NCBI GenBank assembly: GCA_964057225.1
Contig: OZ059897.1
Location: 19,158,001-19,222,000 of the forward strand
Direction: 5' to 3'
DNA from: Auanema rhodensis
Lineage: Eukaryota; Animalia; Nematoda
DNA: 64,000 nucleotides
A model generated the notes under the pieces. That model ran no database searches and was not told the DNA's origin. It saw only the letters and a program-made list of their open reading frames with translations. The first letter of the stretch is position 1. Each line of letters opens with the position of its first letter. The translations under genes and the position numbers were made by a program. This document shows, piece after piece, positions 41,401 to 54,084 of this stretch.

Positions 41401-44400
41401 CAGTTGATATCTCGGTGCATTTTTAAGCTAGCGCAAATCTGATAACACAGATCGACGCAGCTTAAAAATCCGGATCGAATGCACTATACTACATTAAGAA
41501 ACGCTTGATACAAAAATTAGTTATGATCGTTTGAAAAATGATGCATTAGTGTATGTTGAGTTTCCATGTACACTCAACATTGCTTCCAAAAACATTTTGA
41601 CAAAAATTTTTTCGAAAAATTTCAAAATAATTTAGCAAAAAGTAGAAGTTTTTAGATTCCTTTTTTCAAGGCAAAGACGATGGACAATGTTATTCAACGA
41701 AAAAATTAATTCTTCAGGGTGAAAATCGAGGATATAAGTGTGAACTTATATCAGTTGATATCTCGGTGCATTTTTAAGCTAGCGCAAATCTGATAACACA
41801 TATCGACGCAGCTTGAAAATCCGCATCGAATGCACTATACTACATTGAGAAACGCTTAATACAAAAATTAGTTATGATCGTTTGAAAAATGATGCATTAG
41901 TGTATGTTGAGTTTCCATGTACACTCAACATTGCTTCCAAAAACATTTTGGACAAAAATTTTTTCGAAAAATTTCAAAATAATTTAGCAAAAAGTAGATG
42001 TTTTTAGATTCCATTTTTCAAGGCAAAGACGATGGACAATGTTATTCAACGAAAAAATTAAATCTTCAGGGTGAAAATCGAGGATATAAGTGTAAACTTA
42101 TATCAGTTGATATCTCGGTGCATTTTTAAGCTAGCGCAAATCTGATAACACAGATCGACGCAGCTTAAAAATCCGCATCGAATGCACTATACTACATTGA
42201 GAAACGCTTAATACAAAAATTAGTTATGATCGTTTGAAAAATGATGCATTAGTGTATGTTGAGTTTCCATGTACACTCAACATTGCTTCCAAAAACATTT
42301 TGACAAAAATTTTTTCGAAAAATTTCAGAATAATTTAGCAAAAAGTAGATGTTTTTAGATTCCATTTTTCAAGGCAAAGACGATGGACAATGTTATTCAA
42401 CGAAAAAATTAATTCTTCAGGGTGAAAATCGAGGATATAAGTGTAAACTTATATCAGTTGATATCTCGGTGCATTTTTAAGCTAGCGCAAATCTGATAAC
42501 ACAGATCGACGCAGCTTAAAAATCCGCATCGAATGCACTATACTACATTGAGAAACGCTTAATACAAAAATTAGTTATGATCGTTTGAAAAATGATGCAT
42601 TAGTGTATGTTGAGTTTCCATGTACACTCAACATTGCTTCCAAAAACATTTTGACAAAAATTTTTTCGAAAAATTTCAGAATAATTTAGCAAAAAGTAGA
42701 TGTTTTTAGATTCCATTTTTCAAGGCAAAGACGATGGACAATGTTATTCAACGAAAAAATTAATTCTTCAGGGTGAAAATCGAGGATATAAGTGTGAACT
42801 TATATCAGTTGATATCTCGGTGCATTTTTAAGCTAGCGCAAATCTGATAACACAGATCGACGCAGCTTAAAAATCCGGATCGAATGCACTATACTACATT
42901 GAAGAACGCTTAATACAAAAATTAGTTATGATCGTTTGAAAAATGATGCATTAGTGTATGTTGAGTTTCCATGTACACTCAACATTGCTTCCAAAAACAT
43001 TTTGACAAAAATTTTTTCGAAAAATTTCAAAATAATTTAGCAAAAAGTAGATGTTTTTAGATTCCATTTTTCAAGGCAAAGACGATGGACAATGTTATTC
43101 AACGAAAAAATTAATTCTTCAGGGTGAAAATCGAGGATATAAGTGTGAACTTATATCAGTTGATATCTCGGTGCATTTTTAAGCTAGCGCAAATCTGATA
43201 ACACAGATCGACGCAGCTTAAAAATCCGGATCGAATGCACTATACTACATTAAGAAACGCTTGATACAAAAATTAGTTATGATCGTTTGAAAAATGATGC
43301 ATTAGTGTATGTTGAGTTTCCATGTACACTCAACATTGCTTCCAAAAACATTTTGACAAAAATTTTTTCGAAAAATTTCAAAATAATTTAGCAAAAAGTA
43401 GAAGTTTTTAGATTCCTTTTTTCAAGGCAAAGACGATGGACAATGTTATTCAACGAAAAAATTAATTCTTCAGGGTGAAAATCGAGGATATAAGTGTGAA
43501 CTTATATCAGTTGATATCTCGGTGCATTTTTAAGCTAGCGCAAATCTGATAACACAGATCGACGCAGCTTGAAAATCCGCATCGAATGCACTATACTACA
43601 TTGAGAAACGCTTAATACAAAAATTAGTTATGATCGTTTGAAAAATGATGCATTAGTGTATGTTGAGTTTCCATGTACACTCAACATTGCTTCCAAAAAC
43701 ATTTTGGACAAAAATTTTTTCGAAAAATTTCAAAATAATTTAGCAAAAAGTAGATGTTTTTAGATTCCATTTTTCAAGGCAAAGACGATGGACAATGTTA
43801 TTCAACGAAAAAATTAATTCTTCAGGGTGAAAATCGAGGATATAAGTGTAAACTTATATCAGTTGATATCTCGGTGCATTTTTAAGCTAGCGCAAATCTG
43901 ATAACACAGATCGACGCAGCTTAAAAATCCGCATCGAATGCACTATACTACATTGAGAAACGCTTAATACAAAAATTAGTTATGATCGTTTGAAAAATGA
44001 TGCATTAGTGTATGTTGAGTTTCCATGTACACTCAACATTGCTTCCAAAAACATTTTGACAAAAATTTTTTCGAAAAATTTCAGAATAATTTAGCAAAAA
44101 GTAGATGTTTTTAGATTCCAATTTTCAAGGCAAAGACGATGGACAATGTTATTCAACGAAAAAATTAATTCTTCAGGGTGAAAATCGAGGATATAAGTGT
44201 GAACTTATATCAGTTGATATCTCGGTGCATTTTTAAGCTAGCGCAAATCTGATAACACAGATCGACGCAGCTTAAAAATCCGCATCGAATGCACTATACT
44301 ACATTGAGAAACGCTTAATACAAAAATTAGTTATGATCGTTTGAAAAATGATGCATTAGTGTATGTTGAGTTTCCATGTACACTCAACATTGCTTCCAAA

Positions 44401-47400
44401 AACATTTTGACAAAAATTTTTTCGAAAAATTTCAGAATAATTTAGCAAAAAGTAGATGTTTTTAGATTCCATTTTTCAAGGCAAAGACGATGGACAATGT
44501 TATTCAACGAAAAAATTAATTCTTCAGGGTGAAAATCGAGGATATAAGTGTGAACTTATATCAGTTGATATCTCGGTGCATTTTTAAGCTAGCGCAAATC
44601 TGATAACACAGATCGACGCAGCTTAAAAATCCGGATCGAATGCACTATACTACATTGAAGAACGCTTAATACAAAAATTAGTTATGATCGTTTGAAAAAT
44701 GATGCATTAGTGTATGTTGAGTTTCCATGTACACTCAACATTGCTTCCAAAAACATTTTGACAAAAATTTTTTCGAAAAATTTCAAAATAATTTAGCAAA
44801 AAGTAGATGTTTTTAGATTCCATTTTTCAAGGCAAAGACGATGGACAATGTTATTCAACGAAAAAATTAATTCTTCAGGGTGAAAATCGAGGATATAAGT
44901 GTGAACTTATATCAGTTGATATCTCGGTGCATTTTTAAGCTAGCGCAAATCTGATAACACAGATCGACGCAGCTTAAAAATCCGGATCGAATGCACTATA
45001 CTACATTAAGAAACGCTTGATACAAAAATTAGTTATGATCGTTTGAAAAATGATGCATTAGTGTATGTTGAGTTTCCATGTACACTCAACATTGCTTCCA
45101 AAAACATTTTGACAAAAATTTTTTCGAAAAATTTCAAAATAATTTAGCAAAAAGTAGAAGTTTTTAGATTCCTTTTTTCAAGGCAAAGACGATGGACAAT
45201 GTTATTCAACGAAAAAATTAATTCTTCAGGGTGAAAATCGAGGATATAAGTGTGAACTTATATCAGTTGATATCTCGGTGCATTTTTAAGCTAGCGCAAA
45301 TCTGATAACACAGATCGACGCAGCTTAAAAATCCGCATCGAATGCACTATACTACATTGAGAAACGCTTAATACAAAAATTAGTTATGATCGTTTGAAAA
45401 ATGATGCATTAGTGTATGTTGAGTTTCCATGTACACTCAACATTGCTTCCAAAAACATTTTGACAAAAATTTTTTCGAAAAATTTCAGAATAATTTAGCA
45501 AAAAGTAGATGTTTTTAGATTCCATTTTTCAAGGCAAAGACGATGGACAATGTTATTCAACGAAAAAATTAATTCTTCAGGGTGAAAATCGAGGATATAA
45601 GTGTGAACTTATATCAGTTGATATCTCGGTGCATTTTTAAGCTAGCGCAAATCTGATAACACAGATCGACGCAGCTTAAAAATCCGCATCGAATGCACTA
45701 TACTACATTGAGAAACGCTTAATACAAAAATTAGTTATGATCGTTTGAAAAATGATGCATTAGTGTATGTTGAGTTTCCATGTACACTCAACATTGCTTC
45801 CAAAAACATTTTGACAAAAATTTTTTCGAAAAATTTCAGAATAATTTAGCAAAAAGTAGATGTTTTTAGATTCCATTTTTCAAGGCAAAGACGATGGACA
45901 ATGTTATTCAACGAAAAAATTAATTCTTCAGGGTGAAAATCGAGGATATAAGTGTGAACTTATATCAGTTGATATCTCGGTGCATTTTTAAGCTAGCGCA
46001 AATCTGATAACACAGATCGACGCAGCTTAAAAATCCGCATCGAATGCACTATACTACATTGAGAAACGCTTAATACAAAAATTAGTTATGATCGTTTGAA
46101 AAATGATGCATTAGTGTATGTTGAGTTTCCATGTACACTCAACATTGCTTCCAAAAACATTTTGACAAAAATTTTTTCGAAAAATTTCAGAATAATTTAG
46201 CAAAAAGTAGATGTTTTTAGATTCCATTTTTCAAGGCAAAGACGATGGACAATGTTATTCAACGAAAAAATTAATTCTTCAGGGTGAAAATCGAGGATAT
46301 AAGTGTGAACTTATATCAGTTGATATCTCGGTGCATTTTTAAGCTAGCGCAAATCTGATAACACAGATCGACGCAGCTTAAAAATCCGGATCGAATGCAC
46401 TATACTACATTGAAGAACGCTTAATACAAAAATTAGTTATGATCGTTTGAAAAATGATGCATTAGTGTATGTTGAGTTTCCATGTACACTCAACATTGCT
46501 TCCAAAAACATTTTGACAAAAATTTTTTCGAAAAATTTCAAAATAATTTAGCAAAAAGTAGATGTTTTTAGATTCCATTTTTCAAGGCAAAGACGATGGA
46601 CAATGTTATTCAACGAAAAAATTAATTCTTCAGGGTGAAAATCGAGGATATAAGTGTGAACTTATATCAGTTGATATCTCGGTGCATTTTTAAGCTAGCG
46701 CAAATCTGATAACACAGATCGACGCAGCTTAAAAATCCGGATCGAATGCACTATACTACATTAAGAAACGCTTGATACAAAAATTAGTTATGATCGTTTG
46801 AAAAATGATGCATTAGTGTATGTTGAGTTTCCATGTACACTCAACATTGCTTCCAAAAACATTTTGACAAAAATTTTTTCGAAAAATTTCAAAATAATTT
46901 AGCAAAAAGTAGAAGTTTTTAGATTCCTTTTTTCAAGGCAAAGACGATGGACAATGTTATTCAACGAAAAAATTAATTCTTCAGGGTGAAAATCGAGGAT
47001 ATAAGTGTGAACTTATATCAGTTGATATCTCGGTGCATTTTTAAGCTAGCGCAAATCTGATAACACATATCGACGCAGCTTGAAAATCCGCATCGAATGC
47101 ACTATACTACATTGAGAAACGCTTAATACAAAAATTAGTTATGATCGTTTGAAAAATGATGCATTAGTGTATGTTGAGTTTCCATGTACACTCAACATTG
47201 CTTCCAAAAACATTTTGACAAAAATTTTTTCGAAAAATTTCAAAATAATTTAGCAAAAAGTAGATGTTTTTAGATTCCATTTTTCAAGGCAAAGACGATG
47301 GACAATGTTATTCAACGAAAAAATTAATTCTTCAGGGTGAAAATCGAGGATATAAGTGTGAACTTATATCAGTTGATATCTCGGTGCATTTTTAAGCTAG

Positions 47401-50400
47401 CGCAAATCTGATAACACAGATCGACGCAGCTTAAAAATCCGGATCGAATGCACTATACTACATTGAAGAACGCTTAATACAAAAATTAGTTATGATCGTT
47501 TGAAAAATGATGCATTAGTGTATGTTGAGTTTCCATGTACACTCAACATTGCTTCCAAAAACATTTTGACAAAAATTTTTTCGAAAAATTTCAAAATAAT
47601 TTAGCAAAAAGTAGATGTTTTTAGATTCCATTTTTCAAGGCAAAGACGATGGACAATGTTATTCAACGAAAAAATTAATTCTTCAGGGTGAAAATCGAGG
47701 ATATAAGTGTGAACTTATATCAGTTGATATCTCGGTGCATTTTTAAGCTAGCGCAAATCTGATAACACAGATCGACGCAGCTTAAAAATCCGGATCGAAT
47801 GCACTATACTACATTAAGAAACGCTTGATACAAAAATTAGTTATGATCGTTTGAAAAATGATGCATTAGTGTATGTTGAGTTTCCATGTACACTCAACAT
47901 TGCTTCCAAAAACATTTTGACAAAAATTTTTTCGAAAAATTTCAAAATAATTTAGCAAAAAGTAGAAGTTTTTAGATTCCTTTTTTCAAGGCAAAGACGA
48001 TGGACAATGTTATTCAACGAAAAAATTAATTCTTCAGGGTGAAAATCGAGGATATAAGTGTGAACTTATATCAGTTGATATCTCGGTGCATTTTTAAGCT
48101 AGCGCAAATCTGATAACACATATCGACGCAGCTTGAAAATCCGCATCGAATGCACTATACTACATTGAGAAACGCTTAATACAAAAATTAGTTATGATCG
48201 TTTGAAAAATGATGCATTAGTGTATGTTGAGTTTCCATGTACACTCAACATTGCTTCCAAAAACATTTTGGACAAAAATTTTTTCGAAAAATTTCAAAAT
48301 AATTTAGCAAAAAGTAGATGTTTTTAGATTCCATTTTTCAAGGCAAAGACGATGGACAATGTTATTCAACGAAAAAATTAATTCTTCAGGGTGAAAATCG
48401 AGGATATAAGTGTAAACTTATATCAGTTGATATCTCGGTGCATTTTTAAGCTAGCGCAAATCTGATAACACAGATCGACGCAGCTTAAAAATCCGCATCG
48501 AATGCACTATACTACATTGAGAAACGCTTAATACAAAAATTAGTTATGATCGTTTGAAAAATGATGCATTAGTGTATGTTGAGTTTCCATGTACACTCAA
48601 CATTGCTTCCAAAAACATTTTGACAAAAATTTTTTCGAAAAATTTCAGAATAATTTAGCAAAAAGTAGATGTTTTTAGATTCCATTTTTCAAGGCAAAGA
48701 CGATGGACAATGTTATTCAACGAAAAAATTAATTCTTCAGGGTGAAAATCGAGGATATAAGTGTGAACTTATATCAGTTGATATCTCGGTGCATTTTTAA
48801 GCTAGCGCAAATCTGATAACACAGATCGACGCAGCTTAAAAATCCGCATCGAATGCACTATACTACATTGAGAAACGCTTAATACAAAAATTAGTTATGA
48901 TCGTTTGAAAAATGATGCATTAGTGTATGTTGAGTTTCCATGTACACTCAACATTGCTTCCAAAAACATTTTGACAAAAATTTTTTCGAAAAATTTCAGA
49001 ATAATTTAGCAAAAAGTAGATGTTTTTAGATTCCATTTTTCAAGGCAAAGACGATGGACAATGTTATTCAACGAAAAAATTAATTCTTCAGGGTGAAAAT
49101 CGAGGATATAAGTGTGAACTTATATCAGTTGATATCTCGGTGCATTTTTAAGCTAGCGCAAATCTGATAACACAGATCGACGCAGCTTAAAAATCCGCAT
49201 CGAATGCACTATACTACATTGAGAAACGCTTAATACAAAAATTAGTTATGATCGTTTGAAAAATGATGCATTAGTGTATGTTGAGTTTCCATGTACACTC
49301 AACATTGCTTCCAAAAACATTTTGACAAAAATTTTTTCGAAAAATTTCAGAATAATTTAGCAAAAAGTAGATGTTTTTAGATTCCATTTTTCAAGGCAAA
49401 GACGATGGACAATGTTATTCAACGAAAAAATTAATTCTTCAGGGTGAAAATCGAGGATATAAGTGTGAACTTATATCAGTTGATATCTCGGTGCATTTTT
49501 AAGCTAGCGCAAATCTGATAACACAGATCGACGCAGCTTAAAAATCCGCATCGAATGCACTATACTACATTGAGAAACGCTTAATACAAAAATTAGTTAT
49601 GATCGTTTGAAAAATGATGCATTAGTGTATGTTGAGTTTCCATGTACACTCAACATTGCTTCCAAAAACATTTTGACAAAAATTTTTTCGAAAAATTTCA
49701 GAATAATTTAGCAAAAAGTAGATGTTTTTAGATTCCATTTTTCAAGGCAAAGACGATGGACAATGTTATTCAACGAAAAAATTAATTCTTCAGGGTGAAA
49801 ATCGAGGATATAAGTGTGAACTTATATCAGTTGATATCTCGGTGCATTTTTAAGCTAGCGCAAATCTGATAACACAGATCGACGCAGCTTAAAAATCCGC
49901 ATCGAATGCACTATACTACATTGAGAAACGCTTAATACAAAAATTAGTTATGATCGTTTGAAAAATGATGCATTAGTGTATGTTGAGTTTCCATGTACAC
50001 TCAACATTGCTTCCAAAAACATTTTGACAAAAATTTTTTCGAAAAATTTCAGAATAATTTAGCAAAAAGTAGATGTTTTTAGATTCCATTTTTCAAGGCA
50101 AAGACGATGGACAATGTTATTCAACGAAAAAATTAATTCTTCAGGGTGAAAATCGAGGATATAAGTGTGAACTTATATCAGTTGATATCTCGGTGCATTT
50201 TTAAGCTAGCGCAAATCTGATAACACAGATCGACGCAGCTTAAAAATCCGCATCGAATGCACTATACTACATTGAGAAACGCTTAATACAAAAATTAGTT
50301 ATGATCGTTTGAAAAATGATGCATTAGTGTATGTTGAGTTTCCATGTACACTCAACATTGCTTCCAAAAACATTTTGACAAAAATTTTTTCGAAAAATTT

Positions 50401-53400
50401 CAGAATAATTTAGCAAAAAGTAGATGTTTTTAGATTCCATTTTTCAAGGCAAAGACGATGGACAATGTTATTCAACGAAAAAATTAATTCTTCAGGGTGA
50501 AAATCGAGGATATAAGTGTAAACTTATATCAGTTGATATCTCGGTGCATTTTTAAGCTAGCGCAAATCTGATAACACAGATCGACGCAGCTTAAAAATCC
50601 GCATCGAATGCACTATACTACATTGAGAAACGCTTAATACAAAAATTAGTTATGATCGTTTGAAAAATGATGCATTAGTGTATGTTGAGTTTCCATGTAC
50701 ACTCAACATTGCTTCCAAAAACATTTTGACAAAAATTTTTTCGAAAAATTTCAGAATAATTTAGCAAAAAGTAGATGTTTTTAGATTCCATTTTTCAAGG
50801 CAAAGACGATGGACAATGTTATTCAACGAAAAAATTAATTCTTCAGGGTGAAAATCGAGGATATAAGTGTGAACTTATATCAGTTGATATCTCGGTGCAT
50901 TTTTAAGCTAGCGCAAATCTGATAACACAGATCGACGCAGCTTAAAAATCCGCATCGAATGCACTATACTACATTGAGAAACGCTTAATACAAAAATTAG
51001 TTATGATCGTTTGAAAAATGATGCATTAGTGTATGTTGAGTTTCCATGTACACTCAACATTGCTTCCAAAAACATTTTGACAAAAATTTTTTCGAAAAAT
51101 TTCAGAATAATTTAGCAAAAAGTAGATGTTTTTAGATTCCATTTTTCAAGGCAAAGACGATGGACAATGTTATTCAACGAAAAAATTAATTCTTCAGGGT
51201 GAAAATCGAGGATATAAGTGTGAACTTATATCAGTTGATATCTCGGTGCATTTTTAAGCTAGCGCAAATCTGATAACACAGATCGACGCAGCTTAAAAAT
51301 CCGCATCGAATGCACTATACTACATTGAGAAACGCTTAATACAAAAATTAGTTATGATCGTTTGAAAAATGATGCATTAGTGTATGTTGAGTTTCCATGT
51401 ACACTCAACATTGCTTCCAAAAACATTTTGACAAAAATTTTTTCGAAAAATTTCAGAATAATTTAGCAAAAAGTAGATGTTTTTAGATTCCATTTTTCAA
51501 GGCAAAGACGATGGACAATGTTATTCAACGAAAAAATTAATTCTTCAGGGTGAAAATCGAGGATATAAGTGTGAACTTATATCAGTTGATATCTCGGTGC
51601 ATTTTTAAGCTAGCGCAAATCTGATAACACAGATCGACGCAGCTTAAAAATCCGGATCGAATGCATTATACTACATTGAAGAACGCTTAATACAAAAATT
51701 AGTTATGATCGTTTGAAAAATGATGCATTAGTGTATGTTGAGTTTCCATGTACACTCAACATTGCTTCCAAAAACATTTTGACAAAAATTTTTTCGAAAA
51801 ATTTCAAAATAATTTAGCAAAAAATAGATGTTTTTAGATTCCATTTTTCAAGGCAAAGACGATGGACAATGTTATTCAACGAAAAAATTAATTCTTCAGG
51901 GTGAAAATCGAGGATATAAGTGTGAACTTATATCAGTTGATATCTCGGTGCATTTTTAAGCTAGCGCAAATCTGATAACACAGATCGACGCAGCTTAAAA
52001 ATCCGGATCGAATGCACTATACTACATTAAGAAACGCTTGATACAAAAATTAGTTATGATCGTTTGAAAAATGATGCATTAGTGTATGTTGAGTTTCCAT
52101 GTACACTCAACATTGCTTCCAAAAACATTTTGACAAAAATTTTTTCGAAAAATTTCAAAATAATTTAGCAAAAAGTAGAAGTTTTTAGATTCCTTTTTTC
52201 AAGGCAAAGACGATGGACAATGTTATTCAACGAAAAAATTAATTCTTCAGGGTGAAAATCGAGGATATAAGTGTGAACTTATATCAGTTGATATCTCGGT
52301 GCATTTTTAAGCTAGCGCAAATCTGATAACACAGATCGACGCAGCTTGAAAATCCGCATCGAATGCACTATACTACATTGAGAAACGCTTAATACAAAAA
52401 TTAGTTATGATCGTTTGAAAAATGATGCATTAGTGTATGTTGAGTTTCCATGTACACTCAACATTGCTTCCAAAAACATTTTGGACAAAAATTTTTTCGA
52501 AAAATTTCAAAATAATTTAGCAAAAAGTAGATGTTTTTAGATTCCATTTTTCAAGGCAAAGACGATGGACAATGTTATTCAACGAAAAAATTAATTCTTC
52601 AGGGTGAAAATCGAGGATATAAGTGTAAACTTATATCAGTTGATATCTCGGTGCATTTTTAAGCTAGCGCAAATCTGATAACACAGATCGACGCAGCTTA
52701 AAAATCCGCATCGAATGCACTATACTACATTGAGAAACGCTTAATACAAAAATTAGTTATGATCGTTTGAAAAATGATGCATTAGTGTATGTTGAGTTTC
52801 CATGTACACTCAACATTGCTTCCAAAAACATTTTGACAAAAATTTTTTCGAAAAATTTCAGAATAATTTAGCAAAAAGTAGATGTTTTTAGATTCCATTT
52901 TTCAAGGCAAAGACGATGGACAATGTTATTCAACGAAAAAATTAATTCTTCAGGGTGAAAATCGAGGATATAAGTGTGAACTTATATCAGTTGATATCTC
53001 GGTGCATTTTTAAGCTAGCGCAAATCTGATAACACAGATCGACGCAGCTTAAAAATCCGCATCGAATGCACTATACTACATTGAGAAACGCTTAATACAA
53101 AAATTAGTTATGATCGTTTGAAAAATGATGCATTAGTGTATGTTGAGTTTCCATGTACACTCAACATTGCTTCCAAAAACATTTTGACAAAAATTTTTTC
53201 GAAAAATTTCAGAATAATTTAGCAAAAAGTAGATGTTTTTAGATTCCATTTTTCAAGGCAAAGACGATGGACAATGTTATTCAACGAAAAAATTAATTCT
53301 TCAGGGTGAAAATCGAGGATATAAGTGTGAACTTATATCAGTTGATATCTCGGTGCATTTTTAAGCTAGCGCAAATCTGATAACACAGATCGACGCAGCT

Positions 53401-54084
53401 TAAAAATCCGGATCGAATGCACTATACTACATTGAAGAACGCTTAATACAAAAATTAGTTATGATCGTTTGAAAAATGATGCATTAGTGTATGTTGAGTT
53501 TCCATGTACACTCAACATTGCTTCCAAAAACATTTTGACAAAAATTTTTTCGAAAAATTTCAAAATAATTTAGCAAAAAGTAGATGTTTTTAGATTCCAT
53601 TTTTCAAGGCAAAGACGATGGACAATGTTATTCAACGAAAAAATTAATTCTTCAGGGTGAAAATCGAGGATATAAGTGTGAACTTATATCAGTTGATATC
53701 TCGGTGCATTTTTAAGCTAGCGCAAATCTGATAACACAGATCGACGCAGCTTAAAAATCCGGATCGAATGCACTATACTACATTAAGAAACGCTTGATAC
53801 AAAAATTAGTTATGATCGTTTGAAAAATGATGCATTAGTGTATGTTGAGTTTCCATGTACACTCAACATTGCTTCCAAAAACATTTTGACAAAAATTTTT
53901 TCGAAAAATTTCAAAATAATTTAGCAAAAAGTAGAAGTTTTTAGATTCCTTTTTTCAAGGCAAAGACGATGGACAATGTTATTCAACGAAAAAATTAATT
54001 CTTCAGGGTGAAAATCGAGGATATAAGTGTGAACTTATATCAGTTGATATCTCGGTGCATTTTTAAGCTAGCGCAAATCTGATA
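35475..54084. repeat. Central homogenised domain built on a 5-monomer (1756 bp) higher-order repeat with length variants
   Basis: Cycle X(cttg, ttttggac, gtaaac)-A(cagaat)-A-B(ccgg, gaagaac)-C(ccgg, taagaaac, agaag, cctttt). X monomers start at 36177, 37933, 40040, 41796, 43552, 48116 and 52329. Confidence 0.88.
48468..51626. repeat. Run of nine essentially identical 351-bp monomers
   Basis: Monomers at 48468 to 51276 are all type A. The only difference seen is G>A at 50520. Confidence 0.88.
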
